NCBI RefSeq assembly: GCF_023055435.1
Contig: NW_025964361.1
Span: 31,744,001-31,808,000, forward strand
Reading direction: 5' to 3'
DNA length: 64,000 nt
Source: Haliotis rufescens
Lineage: Eukaryota
Shown here: piece by piece, positions 52,666 through 64,000 of the stretch
Position numbering within the stretch: the stretch's first letter is position 1
Layout: each line of letters opens with the position of its first letter
Translations under genes and position numbers: made by a program
Notes under the pieces: model-generated
The model's input: the letters and a program-made list of their open reading frames with translations, nothing else
What the model was told of the DNA's origin: nothing
The model's database searches: none

Positions 52666-53653
52666 ATTCCGGGACGTGCAGGTTTACGGAAAGGGGCGAG
52701 TGGTGACGAATGAATGGGTCGCAGCGCACATGAAGCGAAGAACCAACGTACGAAGCGACTGGTTGAACCAACGCATTTCAAAAAGAGTTAACGCCCTTTG
52801 GGACGAAAGATTATGAATGACATTTGTTTTGCAATTATTTCAATACAACAGAACCAGCAAGCGGATATACTATTGGTGGGCCCATGCTCATCCTGGAATG
52901 TTATAAGAGGTTTATTAAGACATAGGTTTTTAGGCAATCTGGTCGTGACTCAGTAACATGGATAGCTAGCTGTCAAACCTGCGGTAGCCGTCTTCAAAGC
53001 CTTACTCCATGTTTGTCATGTTGATGTTTTTTCTTTGGTACGCAAGGTAGACACAGTAACACTGAAAGCTTAGGCTAAGAGGCGCTTCCCCTTATCTTTT
53101 CTAGGCCTGATACAAAGGATTATTATAGAGAACTCAATGCAGATATGAATCTTAGCTACAGATTATTTGTATTGTTAAAACCAAGGTATTTTAGACATTA
53201 GTACAACAACGGGGTCATCTTAAATTTTGAATCGCGTTTATTATACGGCCTGTTTGGCACATTAACAGAAGTGCCAAATCATTTCATATGTGTATCTTTT
53301 TATTTACTGTTTGATGTGATCGAAACGGGCACCTTACAACTTGAACCGGTAAATATGATCTTAACAATTTTTTCCTGGTGTTTAAGAAATACATATATTT
53401 CTAGATAGAATCCGTTTAGAATCAATGTCTGTGTTAAAAACACAACTCATCATCCTGGATAATGATAGTGAGTAAGTGAGTTGGTATTTATGCAGCTTTT
53501 AACAGAATTTCAGTTAAAATATAACTGGTCATAACAGAATCAAGCTACGCACACATAACGAAACACTGTAGACGCTTGAAGATGCACGAATGCAAATTTA
53601 ACAGCAGATAGACATTTTGTTAATAGCGTCGACAATACTGTCGCCCTGATTAA

Positions 53654-54010
53654 GGTGAGGTGAGGTGAAATGGGGTTTAACGTCGCGTCCAAGATTATTG
53701 CACTTATATAGCGACGTGCATGATCGTGTGTGTGTTTGTGTGGCTGCTTGTACTAGTCCGGACTGATGTCGATTTATAGTGCTAGCTCACTGAGATACCA
53801 TGCCGCAGTTTAACATGGATACCCCACTCAGACACAGTATACTGACTCCGAGCCGACCAGTCCTTGTTTTAGCCCCTTAATGCCGAGCGCCAGATAGGGT
53901 AACAACAAGTACCATCTTTTAACGTCTTTTGGTATGACGCGGCAGGGAACGAAACCCTGGACCTTCCGCTCTCCGGGCGGACTCTCTACCACCAGACCAC
54001 GGAGGCGGTC
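53654..54010 (-). mobile_element. SINE family C
   Basis: TSD gccctgattaa; nearly identical to the 39168 copy. Confidence 0.9.
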
Positions 54011-55399
54011 GCCCTGATTAATATCCCGACATAGACGCGAACAGCTGCACGATTGTTGGTGTGGGGTTGAGCAATATTCACTCACTCGCTAATATACTGA
54101 CAAAATAAAATTACTGCAAATCGTTCACATCTTCCTTGCATAGTTTCAGTTTGGAAGAGGTTGACAACTGGAAAGCTGGATGGACAACGAATTTGATTGT
54201 TTTCTTCTGTGGTTGGATGCAGAATACAAACTGAGCAAATCGGCGATAGTTAAAGTATTGAGGTGAGCTATAAATCCAGAATAGTAGCGCTGTACTCTCA
54301 AATTAAATATTTATTAGACGAATACATTTGTAATCTTGCAAAGTATACCACGAACGCCATTGTTATGCCATTTCGAACCATGACGTCTGAAAAAATACAT
54401 ATTTCTCCATGTTGTAAACTTACCAAACTATTGGGGATATCAAAAACACTATTTTACATTTTACACAAATAGAGTCAAACCAGTGGGATATGGTCAAAAT
54501 CACAGTTCATTGCAGACAATATTAGTCATGAAAGTGAGTCAGAACTATACAAGTCATTGGCGGTCTATGTTTTGATGTTTTCCTGTAATCATGAAACTAT
54601 CTGTCTGTGACGTTTCAAAGTAGCAACATCACGCTCGGCATCCTAATGAACTTTGAACACTTTGAACAACACAAAGATCGCCAAAATCGGACAATATCTA
54701 GGAATGTCTATGATAGAAACACATAATATGACAATTGGCGGCCATCTTGAAATTAGACAGCCATCTTGGATTTTCTCTAAGACGCGCTTTTATATCTTTA
54801 TACACATACCAACAAGAATACTAATAAAAAAAGTTTCATGTTTGTGTCATCATTTGAATAATACGCCAACATTGAGCCCTTAGAACGTCTTCCATATGTT
54901 ACAAAGAAGTCGGATAGAGCATCACGTTGTTATAACGAGGTCGATATCGCATCATGGTGTAATAACGGATACCGTGTCAGAGAGAGTAGCATGCATTTAT
55001 TACGAAGTTGATACAGCACACTGTTGTTATAGCGAGGTCGGATATACCGTCAACGTGCTCTACTTCACTTTTATTCGTTAAGAACACCAACACGAGCGAA
55101 ATACAATTTACAACATATTGACATAAACAATTCATCAAGATGGCAGGTAATTAATTTCACATAGGTTTACTGATTAATTCAGGCAGGTTGGCAACGAATC
55201 CCGACAGGTTTTTCAGGTTTCTAATATTATTTTTTTGTAAACATTTTGCTTAATTTAAATAAATTGCGCCTCTGTCTGTATTGTACGGGGATAAGGGTTA
55301 ATCTGGGTTGTAACAGTGCATCACATTTAAACAAGTTGTGGAATTTGTCTCCAACTGCAGGAGAGTTACATACATTACATGGTCGGTATTCACGTGGTC

Positions 55400-56650
55400 C
55401 ATCATTCCACCGGCCAGTCTAAACAGGTAGGTTATGGTTTATAGTTTTAAGTTTAAGTTTGGCCAAGGCTATGTCTCAAGAAAGAGGTAAATAATTACAA
55501 ATTCTAGTAGTTATTTAAATAATTATTTTTATAAATCCTTTTGAACTTGAGCGACTGTTACTTTTCCAGTTTTGAGTAAATTGATCTGTTAAAATCTGGT
55601 CAACCTTTGAGAATTGGCAAGGTGTTGTGCAAGAGGACGGGTTATGTATTAACATTACTTAAGCTCGTTTTAACCACGTTCAGCCATGGATGAGCATATA
55701 AGTTTCTAACAGAATCATACTTTATGTACTTGAGTATATGTGATAACTTTAAAATATCAACTTGATAGGAAAGATTAAAACACGTATGTATTCTTGGGAT
55801 ATTTATGGGTTCAGGAGCTCACCCTACATTATATAAATCGGTTTGCGAATTTCAGATGCAAGTTTGAGAACATTTAAATGAACTCTTTCCACAACATTTA
55901 ATTTCTCCCAAACGCCATAGTTCGGAACCATATACAGTATTGCTACAGCTTTTGTATGAAATGCTGTGAGCACACAATCGACAAGTAGGTGTAGATTTCG
56001 AGTATTTTCCAGGAGGCAGTACATAGTTCTGGTTGCAATGTTTTCAGTTAAGGATTTTATTCCATCTACAAATCTCCTGTTCCTATGTACACTAATTCCT
56101 TGGTCTGTATAACTATCAACAGCTTCAAACAGTTTATCACCATCGTAGAAACTTAACTAACTATTTTGTGCAGGGCCACCACTATATCAGAATGTCCATG
56201 AATTACTATAATCATAAATGTATCTGTAACGTTTCGTAAACCATCAGCATGTCCGTCAAAAATAACACTATCATATGCATAACTAACCCACTCAAGATTT
56301 ACCCCTATACATCCACGGGAATACAGATATGAAAAGAACTGGTGACACACGTTCCCCTTGTCTTACTCCAAGGAGATATAGGCGATACATGGAGGACATA
56401 CCTCCATACGACCCACTTTATTCTTTGATACACATTTTGGACTAAAGTAAGAAATATATCATTAAAACCGATGTTCCGCTTTTTAAACCAGATTCCTGCT
56501 ATGCATACTGTATAAAACGCTTCGTGAAATTTATGAAGGCACAATAAAGGTTTCTTGATGGCCACTTTTAATATCTGTGTAAGAGTACATACGGTAAAAT
56601 ATTATCCGTCGTTGAAAACCCTTTCAATAAAAAGCCAGAGCTGATGCGAT
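55400..56650 (-). mobile_element. Heavily decayed LINE ORF2 relic
   Basis: Minus-strand fragments KGFSTTDNIF, FEAVDSY and VERVHLNVLK, resembling RT and post-RT motifs. Confidence 0.5.
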
Positions 56651-57029
56651 AATATTTTTATTCAGAGTGAGTGAGTAAGATAGGTTTAACGCCGCTTTGA
56701 AATGTATTCCATTAATGTCACGGCATGTCAGCTAAATGTGGGAGGAGTGCACTAAGGGATGCAGGTCTTAGATGTTTACCACTTTAGTTTTCGCGTGAAA
56801 TCTTTTCCGAAACAGCTTAATGTTCTGATTTGTTTGTGATGGTTTGGATCCTGTTAACTTCATTCTTTCTTTTTGCAAATGGTTTTTATTTCATACCAGC
56901 CAACCATGCGTAAGTCAGCATTAACACCGGAGCTAATGACTAGATTGAAAAAAGATAAGTGACTGACCATTTTCATAATATAAATCAATGAGCCTGATTT
57001 TTTAAAAAGCAAAACACTTGTAACGAAGT

Positions 57030-57571
57030 CATCTTCCCGAGGCAAAAGAGTTAACTGACTTTAAAAGTCCAGTTTCCACCCTTGCCGAACTAGGCTGGAA
57101 TTACTGGGCTCGATCGTAGCGCCACCAGTGGCTATTACCAGTTATGTCTCTTCTAAGCCTCTCCTATGGACCAATCAGATTCCACCTCTCGTATCACTTG
57201 TGTATTCACACAAAATGGTGGCGCCAAGTAAGGACGATCTGATCGATAATCAAGATCTATATTGTGATAAAACGGGTCTTACACCGGGAAATGCATCAAA
57301 TCACGTGGTCACCTTGATTATAAACATGAAAAGATTTGGAAAATATCTGCTGACAACGAGTTGGCGGTACACATGCTTTGCAAATCCTGCAATCGACCGA
57401 ATTCTGCACGACAGTTAACGAACCGGATTTCGATTTCGGTGCGCGATTTTGATTGGACTATGCATAGACTCGTTAGTCCAGCCAAAATGTAACTCAAGAA
57501 TACCAGCCTAGTTTGGCAAGGGTGGAAACTGGACTTTTATTGTCAGTTAACTATCTTGCCTCGGGAAGATG
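57030..57571. mobile_element. MITE with ~68-bp TIRs and 9-bp TSD (Mutator-like); partial copy at ~12490-12700
   Basis: CATCTTCCCGAGGCAA...TAGGCTGG and its reverse complement at the right end; TSD taacgaagt / taaccaagt. Confidence 0.8.
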
Positions 57572-59627
57572 TAACCAAGTAAGATGTAGCCAAGTTGACC
57601 GGCGCACCCTGGTAGTGTTAATTAATGAGTAGTAGAGTGAGATATGAGTAGTGCTATCCGGGAAGAACCAGCTGACGTTGAAGTTTGTTGAATGTGTGTA
57701 CATGTATATCGATCTCTGATAACTACCCCATTATGCCATGCTATGTAGCTTTGAGTAAACAGCGTTATATTCTGTCAGGGTTATACCAAAAGGAGTTCCT
57801 GTAGTTTGTTACATACGGGTGTATTGAGTGACTTACAATTTAACGTCGCATCTCCATTATTTCAGCCATATAGCGACTCACATACGGGAGTAAAATATGG
57901 AGAACAGTTCAACATATTTTCTTCGCTATGCAGAGTTGCCTCCCTTAGGCGTGCCAGAAACCTATGATCGTAGGTTCGAAACCAAGATTCCCCCCGGTTA
58001 TGTTTTAATAACCACCCATGCTCGTGGGTTTCACAAACATGGCTAACGTCTCAGACCTGAATCACTTGTGTCTTTCCTCACACATTAAGCCGACAGGCTT
58101 AACTAAAGTATTGTTCAAACAGCCTTTAAGTTTAGGATTAGTTAAACCAATGCTTGCCGTAAAATATATCAAATTCAGGAATGAGTCGTGTGAACTGGCT
58201 CATTGAATGTCATGGTGCTTCATCATCGTTGGTTGATGTTCATGCTATAGACCATTGTTTGCCTAGCCATGACTTGATCACTCACAGACAGTCGTGATAA
58301 AGCTGTAATATCACTGGGCGTTTACAAAGTCTCACAATCCATCACTCTCTAAAATCTTAAGAAACGTGGTCTCAACATGTGCATTAAAGTTGCAAAACCT
58401 GTGTTCTCAAAACTAAACTGTCTGTGTTTTGTTGTCGTTAACTCTTTCATCTATTTTTCTTTCAAACCAAGCAGATTTTCTGCCTAGGTATCACAAAATA
58501 AGAGCTCCCCGCCCTCGGCATATCTCGTCGCCTTCAGCGCACAAGACACTGACACCCGGACAACATTCAACGATGCCCTTAACGGGAGTTTTCTTTTTAA
58601 TTACGTTACACTTTGTTTAAGACACTTGGCGACATTTGTGATTCTCCATAGGGGTTCTCATTATTGCGAGAGGTTTACAGAGTCGTACTCATCTGTGAAC
58701 GTACTAAGGTAAACATCTCCTTGAAAGAACGCTCGCCTGAGGAGAACAGGCTGGACGCTATATCTACCCGTTCACTTGTAATTAAACATTGCGCACCGTG
58801 TTCTCTCAATAGGGCTAGATTATTATTCCTTCAATAGTAGTTATCTCCCTTTATATCGTACTAATCATAGTCGAATCTATCGTATGTTTTTTAAAAGGTT
58901 AATATACGTTCTTTCTAACAGTTGCCTCCCCTCTGTAGATGTATGTTGTGAAGATTGTTCAGCAGGTTGAACATTATTCGGGTACTTTTTTTTCCAAGGC
59001 AAACGGTATCTGCTTCAGTGTTTGCCTCCCTTTGTTGACAAACCACACACATTCATCAACCTTAGTTAATAAGGTTTTCGAGTTGCTATGGCGATCCTCA
59101 TTAGAGGTCGAGAGATAGGAGAGTTTGGGAGAGAGTTCCGATGTAAGATAATGCGAGCGTAAGACTGGGAAACAACACAACTCGTGAACATACCAGTGAC
59201 GCGGTGGAGGAGAGGACAACATTGATATAAGGTAGGTAGGTATCCCGGATGATGCGCAGCACAGACTTGATGTGCACAATGTCTTAAACATTCCCGCTCT
59301 AGGAGTAACATGTGGTGAATGACTGGACTACCTACTTCCAAGGAAAGGTAGGTTTGGCGCGTGCGCGTTAATGTTGAAAAAATGAAAGGAATTTTACCCG
59401 TAATCTTTCAAGATCGAACGTATCGAAACAGATGAACAAACTTGTTTTACGCAAATCACATACCACTATTGTTCATTGGTCATCATAAGAAAACATTATA
59501 TTTTATATTGAGAAATAACACTTCTCAAATAATTAATTTTTATTAAATATAGGACATAATTATTTGTTAACAACTGCGTTTTAAACATCTTATAAATATA
59601 AGCTAAATATGAGCTATGTGGTAATGA

Positions 59628-59628
<1 letters not shown>

Positions 59629-59689
<61 letters not shown>
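59629..59689. repeat. (TG)n microsatellite
   Basis: Directly visible in the sequence. Confidence 0.95.
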
Positions 59690-59691
<2 letters not shown>

Positions 59692-62600
59692 TTAGGTTTA
59701 TGTACACTTTTCAGGTATAACGTGTGAGAGTTGGAAAAAGAATTACAGGATCCCAATCCATGTTATATGGGTACAGACGTATTCAACTGTCCCACCCCGC
59801 GGTTAGATACCCGCTCTGCATGACTGTGTTATGATATTGACTGTATATACACAGTACCTCCCATACTTGATTGTGTCGGTATTTGGTGCAGCTGAGAGTT
59901 AGAAATGATAAAAAAATTAAATAAATACGACAAAGTACACAACCTTGTACTACTCCAACCCAAATCAAGCACAGATACATGTGCCAGCTTTAGTTCACTG
60001 TGAGAAACCCCAACACGGAAAACCTGTCGCAATGAACATAACTTTAATATATGTTCTTTTTTATCTATTTTAAATGATCTCATCTATTTCCTCCCGGACC
60101 AGTGATTATCGTGTTACACTGTTAAAGAAACCGACAGACGTTTTATCATCAGAATGATTCAGCAATATGCTGAAATCAGCGACAAATACGACTATCTCAG
60201 ACCATAGAATAAATACGAATAGTACATTCATTGTGATACAAACTTAAGCCTTATTTCGGTTAGCATAATAGTTATAATTTGCTTATTACATATTCAAATA
60301 TTGACCAGAAATGTGTATCGTATACTCATATCTCTGTGAGGTCTATCGTCTTCACTAGGCAATATACCCGTACCCGGCTCGAACCTTGATTCAACGACTC
60401 GAATTATCATAACTAACAGTCCAAACCCTGTATGTAAACCGAATCCTGGGCAACTCGTCTGCGGAAACCAATTGACCCACAGGCCACATTACAGAGGACA
60501 ATAGATTAGTGAATCCATAAGTACTCGTATACACGGGAAATAGAGAGCAGGGTCTTTGTTGGGGAAACATCATGTGTACATGCTACTGTAAATAAGTTGA
60601 ACTGTTGCTGAAATTGTGAAGCATATAACACTGACTAGGTAGGGAGCGGATACCCGTATACATGAATTAGTTCAGTAGAACGATGTGGAAGGTCTATTGA
60701 CATTGTGTGACTCTTGTATATAAAAAAATGACAAAATCCTTTTCCACGTTCATAAGAAATCGTCACAAAAAGAAGTCCATAGTACGATTCCGACTTGTTC
60801 AAGAACACATGTTTACGAATCGCTATCAGATAGTGATGATACCAGGTGTTTGCAAAAATGTGAGCGTAACCTGCTTCACCGGTGGCACCCGTCACGAATA
60901 CATGCAAAGGCAAGTCAATTGTTCACCTGAATAAAAAGAGGAAAACAGCTCAATAGGGAATTGCATCAGATATCATTTTAGTCACTGATGCCTCATATTT
61001 AGAAATTCACTTCAGGTGTCTACCATAAAACATTTGAAATCTTGCTGAGGCATTAAATGTTGTAACCTTGAACAAACATTTTTTTATTAACATGTTGGGG
61101 AGATATGCGTATTTTAAAACATCAACTGGAACAAAAAGTTTTACAGGAATGAAGATCTGACTTACAATGCGCAGGGTTTCACCACCTCTCCTTAAACATG
61201 AGTCACCGTGACTCACTGCATATTGTTTTGTGCGTCATGGGCACAAATTAGATTCATTAAGGTGTTTAAACTTTAGTCTACAAGATATTGATAATAGTAA
61301 ATAATATATCGAAAATCCTGTATTAAAAAAAACACAATTTCTGTAGTTTCATGGATGTTTTTTTGTAGTTATTAGAGCTGACTCCTTAAAATAGGTTGCG
61401 CCAAATATGATTCATTGAAACATTGATATGAAGTATTTTGGATGTAACTATTCCTGCGTCATGTGAAACCTGGGTTTGACTTCACAGTGTCGGGTGTAAC
61501 GGTGAACGCCTTCAGTGAGATCGGGGAGAGAGACGGAGTGAGATGAGTTTTGCAACGCTTTTAGCGATATTCCAGCCACATCACACATTATACCACTGTA
61601 GGGACTTGAACCCATGTGTTCGGCGTGACGAACGAACACTTAAGAAACACGCATTATTTGACATAAAAATATACACCGTATTCGACATAATAAGCGCCCA
61701 AAGTGAAAAAATAGGGGGCTCTTATTAGAATGATTGTTATTTTGGTGAAAAACAACAGAGTTGAAAGATCGTAAATTTCGTGGTTTATGCTGACAGCCTG
61801 AAATGTTTATATACGACAGATATATTTTTTCCAGAATTTAATTTCCCATAAATATGAATGCATATAACATACGTATTATACACGAATAAATAAGTCATGT
61901 GTACATTGATCAATCGGAAGGGGTGCTTATTGGGATTGTTCGCTAGCTAATATATTAGAAAATATCGCCGTGGGCGCTTATTAGAGCGGAGCGCTTATTA
62001 CGTCGAATACGGTATGCCTATTGTTTTAAGCGTTCGTTCGTTACGCCGAAGGCCTGGGTTCTATTGCCCACGTGGGTAAAATGTGTGAAGCCCGTTTCAA
62101 GTGGAGACACGCGTTCATTGGGGAACTAACTGCCTGCTTACTTTTCCATTGTTCTCTGGCATCCGGGGTCGACGATCGCATTGTGGTTAACAAATAAGAT
62201 GCAGTTAAGCTAAGCTGGCGGCGGAATGGGGTTGGATGGGTGACCACGCTCGGCAAGCTTGACTCCTAAGAGCTTCTGGGCCTTCGTTTCTGCCCAACAC
62301 ATAATCGCAGGCGACATATAACATGCGTGTCTGTAACGGCAAGTGAATGCATTCGAAGATTGTTTCATGTTAAACCAGCGGCAAATGGATACCCGGTAGG
62401 ATGAGACAGAAATCTGAATGCGAAACTTTCTGGCGTTGGGCTGTATACTCCTCAGGGAGCTGAGAAGACCACTGATCTGTGAGGCGGGGTAATAATGACG
62501 TTCTGGGAGCATGCGCAGTGCGAAATCATGAGGTTCATTGGTGTCCTGTTATTATTGGTGTCCGTAGTAAAATACTTGCGTAAAGTTTGTATACATGCAG

Positions 62601-63626
62601 GCTAGGATGGGTGTTCGCTTATATGTCCATTTACGTATCTAGGTGTTCGCTTTTATGTCCATTTACGCATCTAGGAGTTCGCGTTTACTTTCATGAATAT
62701 CTTTGAATAGCGTTTCTTGACCCAGTTCACTCGGAGTTGGGTTACTGAAGACAGCCGTGGGAAAGTCAATTATCAGACAGTCATTGAAGTTTAAGAACAA
62801 ACGCAGTCATTAAGCGGATTTGATGACACGGGGTGGCGGGATACGCGGGGAACTCCCTATACAACACCATCTACACACACGGTGGAGGGGAAACACGGAG
62901 AACACCAACATAAACAATCCGGCCGACGTCGAGATGGTCCTCACACGTCTCAGAACACGTGGAATAGATAGTTCTTGGTCATAACAAGAGAATTTGCAAC
63001 TGAAGTACAGGGTGGAGTGGTCTTTGCGACAAGAGTTGGTCGTAGGGGGTTCGCGTTGTTCCTTCATGAACAATTATTTTCTCTGGAAAGGGTCATGGAA
63101 CTATTTTTTTGAGTGCAACACGTTGTATTTTCAAAACATCTAGTATGTCCAGTGAATAATTATTTCTTTTTTTAGTAAATCCTGATACTATGAAATAGTC
63201 GGTCACAAATCTTCCGTCGAATCAGGCACATATATATATAGCTCTATGTCGCGAAGTCCAGCCTAAAAGATGTGTAGGGTTTTGAGCCAATCAGATGTCA
63301 GCTTTCGGATTCATTTCTTTACCACCTCGAATCGAAAATTTTGATCTTAGCCAAAGTAAACAGTGACAGAACACAATTGTACCTTAACTAGTACACTACT
63401 TTGGATGTAGATTGCGCTCAGAAACGACAGGCTATATATTATACCCACAACAATATAATGGCGCCGCCTTGTATTTCTACTTCCGGAACTTGTCATTTTA
63501 GCTCGTGTTCGAGATACAGATATAAGATATGCATGGCTCGCGACAATTTGGAAGTCTTGACGCTGATTGGCTGATCAGATACTAGTAGTTCACCCCGTAT
63601 AGAGGTGTCCTTAGATCTTCACATAG

Positions 63627-63830
63627 TTTGTTTGTTGTTTAACGCCGCACTCCGCAATATTCCAGCTATATGACGGCGGTCTGTAAATAAACGAGTCTGG
63701 ACCAAACAGTCCAGTGATTGATATCATGAGCATCGATCTACGCAATTGGATACAATGATATTGCATCAACCAAGTCAGCGAGCCTGACCACCCGATCCCG
63801 CTGGTCGCTTCTCACGACAAGCATAATCAC
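63627..63830 (-). mobile_element. Family D retroposon, 5'-truncated. Other partial or degenerate copies at ~110-255, 1545-1720, 7290-7420, 12790-12910, 15150-15545, 38290-38380, 40340-40515, 41495-41620, 44975-45175, 58200-58330
   Basis: Shared body ...gtcaggctcgctgacttggttgatgcatgtcatcg...ccagactcgattatttacagaccgccgtcatatagctggaatattgctgagtgcggcgttaaac. Confidence 0.8.
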
Positions 63831-64000
63831 GACTTAAGAAATCTTCACAAAGAAGAGTATTGTTGTCAAAGAACTGATATCAATTAAATTAGTATCGAAA
63901 AATGATGTTTCTTTTAACGACAGTCCGCTTGAAATTTGAACAGTCGACTGCCGATACCGCTTTGAACCAAACAGATGCAACCCCACCCCCACCCCCACCC

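Noticed and set aside
62041-63073. GC-richer ORFs (also 35913-36194 and 38574-38876)
   Set aside because: No motif, splice structure or family that I can recognise.

Overview
Eukaryotic animal DNA, AT-rich and very repeat-dense. The SINE and MITE repertoire suggests an invertebrate, probably a mollusc; this is inference. One well-supported gene is present: a five-exon, minus-strand SRD5A3/DFG10-type polyprenol(polyprenal) reductase (CDS 50749->46632, 909 nt, 302 aa, all introns GT-AG and phase-consistent). The rest is mostly mobile DNA. There are three tRNA-headed SINE families (called A, B, C here) and a fourth abundant ~260-bp retroposon (family D) with no tRNA head. D starts at an invariant GACCC, confirmed by target-site duplications (TSDs), and its 5' ~90 nt can fold into a multi-stem pseudoknot, making it a candidate ribozyme or processing element. 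Other elements: a complete but decayed TIR/TA-bounded IS630-Tc1-mariner element with ~82-residue D-E spacing (Sailor-like) nested in an R4/Dong-like retrotransposon tail; Tc1 and LINE relics; hAT, Mutator-like and Harbinger-like MITEs; four large minisatellites; a ~570-bp inverted duplication; and a 177-N gap. CpG decay in SINE copies outlines a probable methylated domain (~41.4-50.5 kb) around the gene. Most ORFs in the supplied track are spurious products of repeats.
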